From the human T2T-CHM13v2.0 reference genome, Homo sapiens, in the NCBI RefSeq assembly GCF_009914755.1, contig NC_060948.1: a stretch of 64,000 nt of DNA; one strand, written 5' to 3'. Of this stretch, positions 1 through 14,900 are shown in pieces (position 1 is the stretch's first letter; the number at the start of each line of letters is the position of its first letter). The translations under genes and the position numbers were made by a program. The notes beneath the pieces are model-generated. The model was not told the origin of the DNA. It saw nothing but the letters and a program-made list of their open reading frames with translations, and ran no database searches.

Positions 1-2013
1 GGAATGGAATGGAAGGGATTGGAATGGACTCGAATGGAATGGACTGCAATAGAAAGGATTCGAATGGAATGAAAAAGAATTGAATGGAATAGAACAGAAT
101 GGAATCAAATCGAATGAAATGGAATGGAATAGAAAGGAATGGAATGAAATGGAATGGAAAGGATTCGAATGGAATGCAATCGAATGGAATGGAATCGAAC
201 GGAATGGAATAAAATGGAAGAAAACTGGCAAGAAATGGAATCGAAATGAATGGAGTGTTATGGAACGGACTCAAAAGGAATTGAATGTAATAGAATGGAG
301 TGGAGTGGACTCGAATATAATGGACTGGAATGGAATGAAATCACATGGAATGGGAACGAATGGAATGGAATGGAAAGGAATGGAATCGAATGGAAAGGAA
401 TCGAATGGAAGGGAATGAAATTGAATCAACAGGAATGGAAGGGAATAGAATAGACGGTAATGGAATGGACTCGAATAGAATGGACACGAATGCTCAAATT
501 GAATGGACTCGAATGGAATGGAAACGAAAGGAATGTCATCGAATGGAATTGAATCGATTGGAATGAAATCGCATAGAATGGAGTGGAATCAAATGGAATT
601 GAATCGAAAGGAAAGGAAGCGAATGGACTGAAATGAAATGGAATGGAATTGAATGGAATGTAATGCAATGGAATAGAATGGAACGAAATTTCACGGAATG
701 GAATCAAACTGAATGGAATCAAATCAATGGAATATAATCAAATGGAATGGAAAGGAATTGAATGGAGTAGATTGGATTGGATGGGATTGGAATGAAATGT
801 ACTGGAAAGGACTCGAATTTCATGAAACGGAATGGAATGAATTGGAACGGAATGGACTCGAATGGAATGGAATGTCATGGAATGGCATCAAATGGAATGG
901 CATCAAATGGAATGGAATCGAATGCAATGGAACGCTATGGAATGGAATGGAATGCATTGGAATGGAATGTCCTCTAATGGAATGGATTCGAGTGGAATGG
1001 AATCGAATATAATGGAGTCGAATGAAATGGAATTGAAAGGAATGGGATCGAATAGAATGGAATATACTGGAATGTAATGTTTTGAACTCGAATGTAATTG
1101 ACTGGAATGGAATGTACATGAATGGAATGTAATCGAATGGAAAGTAATCCAATGGAATAGAATCTAATGCAATAAAATCGACTCAGATAGAGTAGAATGT
1201 AATGGAATGGAGTGCAGTGCAATGGAATGGAATGGAATGGAATGCAATGGAATGGAATGGAATGGAATGGGATGGGATGGAATGGTATGGAATGGATAGT
1301 AATGAACTGGAGTGAAATGGACTGGAAAGGAATGGAGTCAAATTGAAAGGGCTCGAAAGGAATGGAGTCAAATGGAATAGTCTGGAATGGAATGAACACG
1401 AATGTAATGCAATCCAATAGAATGGAATCGAATGGCATGGAATATAAAGAAATGGAATCGAAGAGAATGGAAACAAATGGAATGGAATTGAATGGAATGG
1501 AATTGAATGGAATGGGAACGAATGGAGTGAAATTGTATGCAGTAGAAGGGAATAGAATGGAATGCAAGCGAAAGGAAAGGAATGGATTGGAATGGAATGG
1601 AATTCATTGGAATGGAAGGGAATGTAGTGTAATGGACAGGCCTGGAATAAAGTGGAACGCTACGGTCTCGAACGGAATAAAAATGTATGGAATGGAATGC
1701 AATGAAACGGAATCGAATGTCATAGAATGTAATGGAATGCAAAAAAATGGAATCCAAAATCATTGACTGGAAAGGCTGGGTGTCGAAAGGAATTGACTCC
1801 AATGGAATGGAATCGAATGGAATGGAAGTGAATAGAATCGAACTAAATCGAATGGAATGGAATTGATAGGAACGGAATAGAAAGGAATGCAATGATTTGG
1901 CATGGAATGGAATCGAATGGCATCGAATGGAATGGAATGGAATGCAATGGAATGGAATGTATTAGAATGTAATGAACTTTAATGGAATGTACTCGAATGG
2001 ATTCGACTGGAAT

Positions 2014-2028
2014 GGAATGTTCTGGAAG
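2014..2028. promoter_or_regulatory. Perfect heat-shock element motif A (gGAAtgTTCtgGAAg), one per unit
   Basis: Exact match to the HSF consensus nGAAnnTTCnnGAAn and intact in all 18 units. This is a motif match only; binding cannot be shown from sequence. Confidence 0.55.
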
Positions 2029-2298
2029 TGAATGGACTCCAATGGAATGGATTCAAAAGGAATGGAATCGTACGGAATGGAATCTAATGGAATGGAATTA
2101 AATGGAAATGAATCAAATTGAATAGCACGGAATTGAATTGAATGGAATGGAATGCAATGGAATCTAATGAAACGGAAAGGAAAGGAATGGAATGGAATGG
2201 AATGGGCTGGAATGGAAAGGAATCGAAACGAATGGAATGGAATGGGATCGAAGTGAAGAGACTGGAATGGAATGCACTGGAATGGAAGGCAGTGTAAT

Positions 2299-2313
2299 GG
2301 AAGGTTCTCGAAA
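2299..2313. promoter_or_regulatory. Perfect heat-shock element motif B (gGAAggTTCtcGAAa), one per unit
   Basis: Exact match to nGAAnnTTCnnGAAn and intact in all 18 units. The only variant seen (~55682, TTCccGAA) is in a spacer position. Motif match only. Confidence 0.55.
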
Positions 2314-3324
2314 AAAATGGAATCGAATGGAATGGAATTGAATGGAACGGAATAGAGTCGAATGGAATTGAATGGAATGGAATGGACTAGAGTGAAATGG
2401 AATCGAACCACAAGGAATGGACAGGAATAGAATGGTCTCGAATTGAATGGAATCGTATGGAATGGCATCAAACGGAATGGAATGGACAGCCACGGAATGG
2501 AATGCACTCGAATGCAATGGAGTCGAAACTAATGGACTGGAATAGAATGGACTCGACTGGTACGGACTCCAATGGAATGGAATCGAATGGAAGGGAATCG
2601 ATCGGAATGGACTCGAAGGGAAAAGACTGCAATGGAAAGGTCTCGAATGGAATGGAAATTAATGGAATGGAATGGAGTCGAATGAAATGGAGTCAAAAGG
2701 AATGGAATCGAATGGCAAGAAATCGAATGTAATGGAATCGCAAGGAATTGATGTGAACGGAACGGAATGGAATGGAATCCAAAGGAATGGAATAGAATGG
2801 AATGGAATCGAATGGAAAGGACTCGAATGGAAATCACTCGAATAGAATGCAATTTAATAAAATAGGATCAAATGTAATGGAATGGAATGGAAAGGAATCG
2901 AAACGAAAGGAATGGAGACAGATGGAATGGAATGGAACAGAGAGCAATGGTATAGAATGGAATGGAATCATCTGGAATGGAATTGAATGGAATGGAATAA
3001 TATGAAATGGAATGGAATGGAATGGAATGGAATGCCCTTGAATTAAATGGACTGGAATGGAATGGACTCGAACAGAGTGGAATGGAAAGTGTTGAGATAG
3101 AATGGAATGGACTCCTTTGGAATGGTGTAGTATGCAATGCAATCGACTGGCAGGGAATCAAAAGGAATGTAATCGAATGGATTGGACTGGAATGCAATGG
3201 ACTCGAATAGATTGGAAACGGAATGCAAAGGAATGGAATGGAATAGTATGGAATGGAATGGAAAGGAATGGAGTGGAATAGACTAGAGTGGAATGGAATG
3301 GACTGGAAAGCAATGGACTGGAAT

Positions 3325-3339
3325 GGAACTTTCTTGAAT
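3325..3339. promoter_or_regulatory. Perfect heat-shock element motif C (gGAActTTCttGAAt), one per unit
   Basis: Exact match to nGAAnnTTCnnGAAn. It is intact in 14 units, changed to TTCttGGA in 3 (10460, ~14029, 56701) and deleted in the last unit. Motif match only. Confidence 0.5.
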
Positions 3340-6300
3340 GGACTGGAATCAAACGGAATGGAATGCAATGCAATCAAATGGCATGGAATAAAATAGAATG
3401 AAAGAGAATCAAATGGAATTGAATCGAATGGAATCGAATGGATTGGAAAGGAATAGAATGGAATGGAATGGAATTGACTCAAATGGAATGGACTAGAATG
3501 GAATGGATTCGAATGGAAGGCAAAGGAATGGAATCTATTGGAATGGACTGTAATGGAATGGAATGGAAGGGATTGGAATGGACTCGAATGGAATGGACTG
3601 CAATAGAAAGGATTCGAATGGAATGAAAAAGAATTGAATGGAATAGAACAGAATGGAATCAAATCGAATGAAATGGAATGGAATAGAAAGGAATGGAATG
3701 AAATGGAATGGAAAGGATTCGAATGGAATGCAATCGAATGGAATGGAATCGAACGGAATGGAATAAAATGGAAGAAAACTGGCAAGAAATGGAATCGAAA
3801 TGAATGGAGTGTTATGGAACGGACTCAAAAGGAATTGAATGTAATAGAATGGAGTGGAGTGGACTCGAATATAATGGACTGGAATGGAATGAAATCACAT
3901 GGAATGGGAACGAATGGAATGGAATGGAAAGGAATGGAATCGAATGGAAAGGAATCGAATGGAAGGGAATGAAATTGAATCAACAGGAATGGAAGGGAAT
4001 AGAATAGACGGTAATGGAATGGACTCGAATAGAATGGACACGAATGCTCAAATTGAATGGACTCGAATGGAATGGAAACGAAAGGAATGTCATCGAATGG
4101 AATTGAATCGATTGGAATGAAATCGCATAGAATGGAGTGGAATCAAATGGAATTGAATCGAAAGGAAAGGAAGCGAATGGACTGAAATGAAATGGAATGG
4201 AATTGAATGGAAAGTAATGCAATGGAATAGAATGGAACGAAATTTCACGGAATGGAATCAAATCAATGGAATCAAATCAAATGGAATGGAAAGGAATTGA
4301 ATGGAGTAGATTGGATTGGATGGGATTGGAATGAAATGTACTGGAAAGGACTCGAATTTCATGAAACGGAATGGAATGAATTGGAACGGAATGGACTCGA
4401 ATGGAATGGAATGTCATGGAATGGCATCAAATGGAATGGCATCAAATGGAATGGAATCGAATGCAATGGAATGCTATGGAATGGAATGGAATGCATTGGA
4501 ATGGAATGTCCTCTAATGGAATGGATTCGAGTGGAATGGAATCGAATATAATGGAGTCGAATGAAATGGAATTGAAAGGAATGGGATCGAATACAATGGA
4601 ATATACTGGAATGTAATGTAATGAACTCGAATGTAATTGACTGGAATGGAATGTACATGAATGGAATGTAATCGAATGGAAAGTAATCCAATGGAATAGA
4701 ATCTAATGCAATAAAATCGACTCAGATAGAGTAGAGTGTAATGGAATGGAGTGCAGTGCAATGGAATGGAATGGAATGGAATGCAATGGAATGGAATGGA
4801 ATGGAATGGAATGGAATGGGATGGGATGGAATGGTATGGAATGGATAGTAATGGACTGGAGTGAAATGGACTGGAAAGGAATGGACTCAAATTGAAAGGG
4901 CTCGAAAGGAATGGAGTCAAATGGAATGGTCTGGAATGGAATGAACACGAATGTAATGCAATCCAATAGAATGGAATCGAATGGCATGGAATATAAAGAA
5001 ATGGAATCGAAGAGAATGGAAACAAATGGAATGGAATTGAATGGAATGGAATTGAATGGAATGGGAACGAATGGAGTGAAATTGTATGCAGTAGAAGGGA
5101 ATAGAATGGAATGCAAGCGAAAGGAAAGGAATGGATTGGAATGGAATGGAATTCATTGGAATGGAAGGGAATGTAGTGTAATGGACAGGCCTGGAATAAA
5201 GTGGAATGCTACAGTCCCGAATGGAATAAAAATGTATGGAATGGAATGCAATGAAACGGAATCGAATGTCATAGAATGTAATGGAATGCAAAAAAATGGA
5301 ATCCAAAATCATTGACTGGAAAGGCTGGGTGTCGAAAGGAATTGACTCCAATGGAATGGAATCAAATGGAATGGAAGTGAATAGAATCGAACTAAATCGA
5401 ATGGAATGGAATTGATAGGAACGGAATGGAAAGGAATGCAATGATTTGGCATGGAATGGAATCGAATGGCATCGAATGGAATGGAATGGAATGCAATGGA
5501 ATGGAATGTATTAGAATGTAATGAACTTTAATGGAATGTACTCGAATGGATTCGACTGGAATGGAATGTTCTGGAAGTGAATGGACTCCAATGGAATGGA
5601 TTCAAAAGGAATGGAATCGTACGGAATGGAATCTAATGGAATGGAATTAAATGGAAATGAATCAAATTGAATAGCACGGAATTGAATTGAATGGAATGGA
5701 ATGCAATGGAATCTAATGAAACGGAAAGGAAAGGAATGGAATGGAATGGAATGGGCTGGAATGGAAAGGAATCGAAACGAATGGAATGGAATCGAACTGA
5801 AGAGACTGGAATGGAATGCACTGGAATGGAAGGGAGTGTAATGGAAGGTTCTCGAAAAAAATGGAATCGAATGGAATGGAATTGAATGGAACGGAATAGA
5901 GTCGAATGGAATTGAATGGAATGGAATGGACTAGAGTGAAATGGAATCGAACCACAAGGAATGGACAGGAATAGAATGGTCTCGAATTGAATGGAATCGT
6001 ATGGAATGGCATCAAACGGAATGGAATGGACAGCCACGGAATGGAATGCACTCGAATGCAATGGAGTCGAAACTAATGGACTGGAATAGAATGGACTCGA
6101 CTGGTACGGACTCCAATGGAATGGAATCGAATGGAAGGGAATCGATCGGAATGGACTCGAAGGGAAAAGACTGCAATGGAAAGGTCTCGAATGGAATGGA
6201 AATTAATGGAATGGAATGGAATCGAATGAAATGGAGTCAAAAGGAATGGAATCGAATGGCAAGAAATCGAATGTAATGGATTCGCAAGGAATTGATGTGA

Positions 6301-8939
6301 ACGGAATGGAATGGAATGGAATCCAAAGGAATGGAATAGAATGGAATGGAATCGAATGGAAAGGACTCGAATGGAAATCACTCGAATAGAATGCAATTTA
6401 ATAAAATAGGATCAAATGTAATGGAATGGAATGGAAAGGAATCGAAACGAAAGGAATGGAGACAGATGGAATGGAATGGTACAGAGAGCAATGGTATAGA
6501 ATGGAATGGAATCATCTGGAATGGAATTGAATGGAATGGAATAATATGAAATGGAATGGAATGGAATGCCCTTGAATTAAATGGACTGGAATGGAATGGA
6601 CTCCAACAGAGTGGAATGGAAAGTGTTGAGATAGAATGGAATGGACTCCTTTGGAATGGTGTAGTATGCAATGCAATCGACTGGCAGGGAATCAAAAGGA
6701 ATGTAATCGAATGGATTGGACTGGAATGCAATGGACTCGAATAGATTGGAAACGGAATGCAAAGGAATGGAATGGAATAGTATGGAATGGAATGGAAAGG
6801 AATGGAGTGGAATAGACTACAGTGGAATGGAATGGACTGGAAAGCAATGGACTGGAATGGAACTTTCTTGAATGGACTGGAATCAAACGGAATGGAATGC
6901 AATGCAATCAAATGGCATGGAATAAAATAGAATGAAAGAGAATCAAACGGAATTGAATCGAATGGAATCGAATGGATTGGAAAGGATTAGAATGGAATGG
7001 AATGGAATTGACTCAAATGGAATGGACTAGAATGGAATGGATTCGAATGGAAGGCAAAGGAATGGAATCTATTGGAATGGACTGTAATGGAATGGAATGG
7101 AAGGGATTGGAATGGACTCGAATGGAATGGACTGCAATAGAAAGGATTCGAATGGAATGAAAAAGAATTGAATGGAATAGAACAGAATGGAATCAAATCG
7201 AATGAAATGGAATGGAATAGAAAGGAATGGAATGAAATGGAATGGAAAGGATTCGAATGGAATGCAATCGAATGGAATGGAATCGAACGGAATGGAATAA
7301 AATGGAAGAAAACTGGCAAGAAATGGAATCGAAATGAATGGAGTGTTATGGAACGGACTCAAAAGGAATTGAATGTAATAGAATGGAGTGGAGTGGACTC
7401 GAATATAATGGACTGGAATGGAATGAAATCACATGGAATGGGAACGAATGGAATGGAATGGAAAGGAATGGAATCGAATGGAAAGGAATCGAATAGAAGG
7501 GAATGAAATTGAATCAACAGGAATGGAAGGGAATAGAATAGACGGTAATGGAATGGACTCGAATAGAATGGACACGAATGCTCAAATTGAATGGACACGA
7601 ATGGAATGGAAACGAAAGGAATGTCATCGAATGGAATTGAATCGATTGGAATGAAATCGCATAGAATGGAGTGGAATCAAATGGAATTGAATCGAAAGGA
7701 AAGGAAGCGAATGGACTGAAATGAAATGGAATGGAATTGAATGGAAAGTAATGCAATGGAATAGAATGGAACGAAATTTCACGGAATGGAATCAAACTGA
7801 ATGGAATCAAATCAATGGAATCAAATCAAATGGAATGGAAAGGAATTGAATGGAGTAGATTGGATTGGATGGGATTGGAATGAAATGTACTGGAAAGGAC
7901 TCGAATTTCATGAAACGGAATGGAATGAATTGGAACGGAATGGACTCGAATGGAATGGAATGTCATGGAATGGCATCAAATGGAATGGCATCAAATGGAA
8001 TGGAATCGAATGCAATGGAATGCTATGGAATGGAATGGAATGCATTGGAATGGAATGTCCTCTAATGGAATGGATTCGAGTGGAATGGAATCGAATATAA
8101 TGGAGTAGAATGAAATGGAATTGAAAGGAATGGGATCGAATAGAATGGAATATACTGGAATGTAATGTAATGAACTCGAATGTAATTGACTGGAATGGAA
8201 TGTACATGAATGGAATGTAATCGAATGGAAAGTAATCCAATGGAATAGAATCTAATGCAATAAAATCGACTCAGATAGAGTAGAATGTAATGGAATGGAG
8301 TGCAGTGCAATGGAATGGAATGGAATGGAATGCAATGGAATGGAATGAAATGGAATGGAATGGAATGGAATGGAATGGAATGGGATGGGATGGAATGGTA
8401 TGGAATGGATAGTAATGAACTGGAGTGAAATGGACTGGAAAGGAATGGAGTCAAATTGAAAGGGCTCGAAAGGAATGGAGTCAAATGGAATAGTCTGGAA
8501 TGGAATGAACACGAATGTAATGCAATCCAATAGAATGGAATCGAATGGCATGGAATATAAAGAAATGGAATCGAAGAGAATGGAAACAAATGGAATGGAA
8601 TTGAATGGAATGGAATTGAATGGAATGGGAACGAATTGAGTGAAATTGTATGCAGTAGAAGGGAATAGAATGGAATGCAAGCGAAAGGAAAGGAATGGAT
8701 TGGAATGGAATGGAATTCATTGGAATGGAAGGGAATGTAGTGTAATGGACAGGCCTGGAATAAAGTGGAATGCTACGGTCTCGAACGGAATAAAAATGTA
8801 TGGAATGGAATGCAATGAAACGGAATCGAATGTCATAGAATGTAATGGAATGCAAAAAAATGGAATCCAAAATCATTGACTGGAAAGGCTGGGTGTCGAA
8901 AGGAATTGACTCCAATGGAATGGAATCGAATGGAATGGA

Positions 8940-11900
8940 AGAGAATAGAATCGAACTAAATCGAATGGAATGGAATTGATAGGAACGGAATGGAAAGGAA
9001 TGCAATGATTTGGCATGGAATGGAATCGAATGGCATCGAATGGAATGGAATGGAATGCAATGGAATGGAGTGTATTAGAATGTAATGAACTTTAATGGAA
9101 TGTACTCGAATGGAATCGACTGGAATGGAATGTTCTGGAAGTGAATGGACTCCAATGGAATGGATTCAAAAGGAATGGAATCGTACGGAATGGAATCTAA
9201 TGGAATGGAATTAAATGGAAATGAATCAAACTGAATAGAACGGAATTGAATTGAATGGAATGGAATGCAATGGAATCTAATGAAACGGAAAGGAAAGGAA
9301 TGGAATGGAATGGAATGGGCTGGGATGGAAAGGAATCGAAACGAATGGAATGGAATCGAACTGAAGAGACTGGAATGGAATGCACTGGAATGGAAGGGAG
9401 TGTAATGGAAGGTTCTCGAAAAAAATGGAATCGAATGGAATGGAATTGAATGGAACGGAATAGAGTCGAATGGAATTGAATGGAATGGAATGGACTAGAG
9501 TGAAATGGAATCGAACCACAAGGAATGGACAGGAATAGAATGGTCTCGAATTGAATGGAATCGTATGGAATGGCATCAAACGGAATGGAATGGACAGCCA
9601 CGGAATGGAATGCACTCGAATGCAATGGAGTCGAAACTAATGGACTGGAATAGAATGGACTCGACTGGTACGGACTCCAATGGAATGGAATCGAATGGAA
9701 GGGAATCGAACGGAAGGGATTCGAACGGAATGGACTCGAAGGGAAAAGACTGCAATGGAAAGGTCTCGAATGGAATGGAAATTAATGGAATGGAATGGAA
9801 TCGAATGAAATGGAGTCAAAAGGAATGGAATCGAATGGCAAGAAATCGAATGTAATGGAATCGCCAGGAATTGATGTGAACGGAACGGAATGGAATGGAA
9901 TCCAAAGGAATGGAATAGAATGGAATGGAATCGAATGGAAAGGACTCGAATGGAAATCACTCGAATAGAATGCAATTTAATAAAATAGGATCAAATGTAA
10001 TGGAATGGAATGGAAAGGAATCGAAACGAAAGGAATGGAGACAGATGGAATGGAATGGAACAGAGAGCAATGGTATAGAATGGAATGGAATCATCTGGAA
10101 TGGAAATGAATGGAATGGAATAATATGAAATGGAATGGAATGGAATGGAATGGAATGCCCTTGAATTAAATGGACTGGAATGGAATGGACTCAAACAGAG
10201 TGGAATGGAAATTGTGGAGATAGAATGGAATGAACTCCTTTGGAATGTTGTAGTATGCAATGCAATCGACTGGCAGGGAATCAAAAGGAATGAAATCGAA
10301 TGGATTGGACTGGAATGCAATGGACTCGAATAGATTGGAAACGGAATGCAAAGGAATGGAATGGAATAGTATGTAATGCAATGGAAGGGAATGGAGTGGA
10401 ATAGACTAGAGTGGAATGGAATGGACTGGAAAGCAATGGACTGGAATGGAACTTTCTTGGATGGACTGGAATCAAACGGAATGGAATGCAATGCAATCAA
10501 ATGGCATGGAATAAAATAGAATGAAAGAGAATCAAATGGAATTGAATCGAATGGAATCGAATGGATTGGAAAGGAATAGAATGGAATGGAATGGAATTGA
10601 CTCAAATGGAATGGACTAGAATGGAATGGATTCGAATGGAAGGCAAAGGAATGGAATCTATTGGAATGGACTGTAATGGAATGGAATGGAAGGGATTGGA
10701 ATGGACTCGAATGGAATGGACTGCAATAGAAAGGATTCGAATGGAATGAAAAAGAATTGAATGGAATAGAACAGAATGGAATCAAATCGAATGAAATGGA
10801 ATGGAATAGAAAGGAATGGAATGAAACGGAATGGAAAGGATTCGAATGGAATGCAATCGAATGGAATGGAATCGAACGGAATGGAATAAAATGGAAGAAA
10901 ACTGGCAAGAAATGGAATCGAAATGAATGGAGTGTTATGGAACGGACTCAAAAGGAATTGAATGTAATAGAATGGAGTGGAGTGGACTCGAATATAATGG
11001 ACTGGAATGGAATGAAATCACATGGAATGGGAACGAATGGAATGGAATGGAAAGGAATGGAATCGAATGGAAAGGAATCGAATGGAAGGGAATGAAATTG
11101 AATCAACAGGAATGGAAGGGAATAGAATACACGGTAATGGAATGGACTCGAATAGAATGGACACGAATGCTCAAATTAAATGGACTCGAATGGAATGGAA
11201 ACGAAAGGAATGTCATCGAATGGAATTGAATCGATTGGAATGAAATCGCATAGAATGGAGTGGAATCAAATGGAATTGAATCGAAAGGAAAGGAAGCGAA
11301 TGGACTGAAATGAAATGGAATGGAATTGAATGGAAAGTAATGCAATGGAATAGAATGGAACGAAATTTCACGGAATGGAATCAAACTGAATGGAATCAAA
11401 TCAATGGAATCAAATCAAATGTAATGGAAAGGAATTGAATGGAGTAGATGGGATTGGATGGGATTGGAATGAAATGTACTGGAAAGGACTCGAATTTCAT
11501 GAAACGGAATGGAATGAATTGGAAGGGAATGGACTCGAATGGAATGGAATGTCATGGGATGGCATCAAATGGAATGGCATCAAATGGAATGGAATCGAAT
11601 GCAATGGAATGCTATGGAATGGAATGGAATGCATTGGAATGGAATGTCCGCTAATGGAATGGATTCGAGTGGAATGGAATTGAATATAATGGAGTCGAAT
11701 GAAATGGAATTCAAAGGAATGGGATCGAATACAATGGAATATACTGGAATGTAACGTAATGAACTCGAATGTAATTGACTGGAATGGAATGTACATGAAT
11801 GGAATGTAATCGAATGGAAAGTAATCCAATGGAATAGAATCTAATGCAATAAAATCGACTCAGATAGAGTAGAATGTAATGGAATGGAGTGCAGTGCAAT

Positions 11901-14900
11901 AGAATGGAATGGAATGGAATGCAATGGAATGGAATGGAATGGAATGGAATGGAATGGAATGGAATGGAATTGTATGGAATGGTATGGAATGGATAGTAAT
12001 GGACTGGATTGAAATGGACTGGAAAGGAATGGACTCAAATTGAAAGGGCTCGAAAGGAATGGAGTCAAATGGAATGGTCTGGAATGGAATGAACACGAAT
12101 GTAATGCAACCCAATAGAATGGAATCGAATGGCATGGAATATAAAGAAATGGAATCGAAGAGAATGGAAACAAATGGATTGGAATTGAATGGAATGGGAA
12201 CGAATGGAGTGAAATTGTATGCAGTAGAAGGGAATAGAATGGAATGCAAGCGAAAGGAAAGGAATGGATTGGAATGGAATGGAATTCATTGGAATGGAAG
12301 GGAATGTAGTGTAATGGACAGGCCTGGAATAAAGTGGAATGCTACGGTCTTGAATGGAATAAAAATGCATGGAATGGAATGCAATGAAACGGAATCGAAT
12401 GTCATAGAATGTAATGGAATGCAAAAAAATGGAATCCAAAATCATTGACTGGAAAGGCTGGGTGTCGAAAGGAATTGACTCCAATGGAATGGAATCGAAT
12501 GGAATGGAAGAGAATAGAATCGAACTAAATCGAATGGAATGGAATTGATAGGAACGGAATGGAAAGGAATGCAATGATTTGGCATGGAATGGAATCGAAT
12601 GGCATCGAATGGAATGGAATGGAATGCAATGGAATGGAGTGTATTAGAATGTAATGAACTTTAATGGAATGTACTCGAATGGAATCGACTGGAATGGAAT
12701 GTTCTGGAAGTGAATGGACTCCAATGGAATGGATTCAAAAGGAATGGAATCGTACGGAATGGAATCTAATGGAATGGAATTAAATGGAAATGAATCAAAC
12801 TGAATAGAACGGGATTGAATTGAATGGAATGGAATGCAATGGAATCTAATGAAACGGAAAGGAAAGGAATGGAATGGAATGGAATGGGCTGGGATGGAAA
12901 GGAATCGAAACGAATGGAATGGAATCGAACTGAAGAGACTGGAATGGAATGCACTGGAATGGAAGGGAGTGTAATGGAAGGTTCTCGAAAAAAATGGAAT
13001 CGAATGGAATGGAATTGAATGGAACGGAATAGAGTCGAATGGAATTGAATGGAATGGAATGGACTAGAGTGAAATGGAATCGAACCACAAGGAATGGACA
13101 GGAATAGAATGGTCTCGAATTGAATGGAATCGTATGGAATGGCATCAAACGGAATGGAATGGACAGCCACGGAATGGAATGCACTCGAATGCAATGGAGT
13201 CGAAACTAATGGACTGGAATAGAATGGACTCTACTGGTACGGACTCCAATGGAATGGAATCGAATGGAAGGGAATCGAACGGTAGGGATTCGAACGGAAT
13301 GGACTCGAAGGGAAAAGACTGCAATGGAAAGGTCTCGAATGGAATGGAAATTAATGGAATGGAATGGAATCGAATGAAATGGAGTCAAAAGGAATGGAAT
13401 CGAATGGCAAGAAATCGAATGTAATGGAATCGCCAGGAATTGATGTGAACGGAACGGAATGGAATGGAATCCAAAGGAATGGAATAGAATGGAATGGAAT
13501 CGAATGGAAAGGACTCGAATGGAAATCACTCGAATAGAATGCAATTTAATAAAATAGGATCAAATGTAATGGAATGGAATGGAAAGGAATCGAAACGAAA
13601 GGAATGGAGACAGATGGAATGGAATGGAACAGAGAGCAATGGTATAGAATGGAATGGAATCATCTGGAATGGAAATGAATGGAATGGAATAATATGAAAT
13701 GGAATGGAATGGAATGGAATGGAATGCCCTTGAATTAAATGGACTGGAATGGAATGGACTCAAACAGAGTGGAATGGAAATTGTGGAGATAGAATGGAAT
13801 GAACTCCTTTGGAATGTTGTAGTATGCAATGCAATCGACTGGCAGGGAATCAAAAGGAATGAAATCGAATGGATTGGACTGGAATGCAATGGACTCGAAT
13901 AGATTGGAAACGGAATGCAAAGGAATGGAATGGAATAGTATGTAATGCAATGGAAGGGAATGGAGTGGAATAGACTAGAGTGGAATGGAATGGACTGGAA
14001 AGCAATGGACTGGAATGGAACTTTCTTGGATGGACTGGAATCAAACGGAATGGAATGCAATGCAATCAAATGGCATGGAATAAAATAGAATGAAAGAGAA
14101 TCAAATGGAATTGAATCGAATGGAATCGAATGGATTGGAAAGGAATAGAATGGAATGGAATGGAATTGACTCAAATGGAATGGACTAGAATGGAATGGAT
14201 TCGAATGGAAGGCAAAGGAATGGAATCTATTGGAATGGACTGTAATGGAATGGAATGGAAGGGATTGGAATGGACTCGAATGGAATGGACTGCAATAGAA
14301 AGGATTCGAATGGAATGAAAAAGAATTGAATGGAATAGAACAGAATGGAATCAAATCGAATGAAATGGAATGGAATAGAAAGGAATGGAATGAAACGGAA
14401 TGGAAAGGATTCGAATGGAATGCAATCGAATGGAATGGAATCGAACGGAATGGAATAAAATGGAAGAAAACTGGCAAGAAATGGAATCGAAATGAATGGA
14501 GTGTTATGGAACGGACTCAAAAGGAATTGAATGTAATAGAATGGAGTGGAGTGGACTCGAATATAATGGACTGGAATGGAATGAAATCACATGGAATGGG
14601 AACGAATGGAATGGAATGGAAAGGAATGGAATCGAATGGAAAGGAATCGAATGGAAGGGAATGAAATTGAATCAACAGGAATGGAAGGGAATAGAATAGA
14701 CTGTAATGGAATGGACTCGAATAGAATGGACACGAATGCTCAAATTAAATGGACTCGAATGGAATGGAAACGAAAGGAATGTCATCGAATGGAATTGAAT
14801 CGATTGGAATGAAATCGCATAGAATGGAGTGGAATCAAATGGAATTGAATCGAAAGGAAAGGAAGCGAATGGACTGAAATGAAATGTAATGGAATTGAAT

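Larger units (their letters stand above)
1639..5187 (+). repeat. Representative DYZ1 monomer (HaeIII to HaeIII, 3549 bp)
   Basis: Bounded by consecutive GGCC sites. It contains all once-per-unit landmarks: AAGGCTGGGTGTCG, GAACCACAAGG, GACAGCCACGG, TTTAATAAAATAGG, GCCCTTGAATT, GAAGAAAACTGGCAAG, GTCCTCTAATG and GACTCAGATAGAG. Confidence 0.93.

Noticed and set aside
1770-1790. Non-pentamer-looking islands (AAGGCTGGGTGTCG, GAAGAAAACTGGCAAG, GACAGCCACGG) as possible insertions
   Set aside because: They are too short, remain largely in pentamer register and are fixed in all units, with no target-site duplications or transposon ends. They are best read as heavily diverged pentamers.
2856-2861. AATAAA polyadenylation-like hexamers (about 6 per unit on +, e.g. 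208, 1171, 1646, 1676, 2856, 3387)
   Set aside because: Most arise by two G>A changes of GGAATGGAAT, and no U/GU-rich downstream element is evident. They cannot be supported without 3'-end transcript data.
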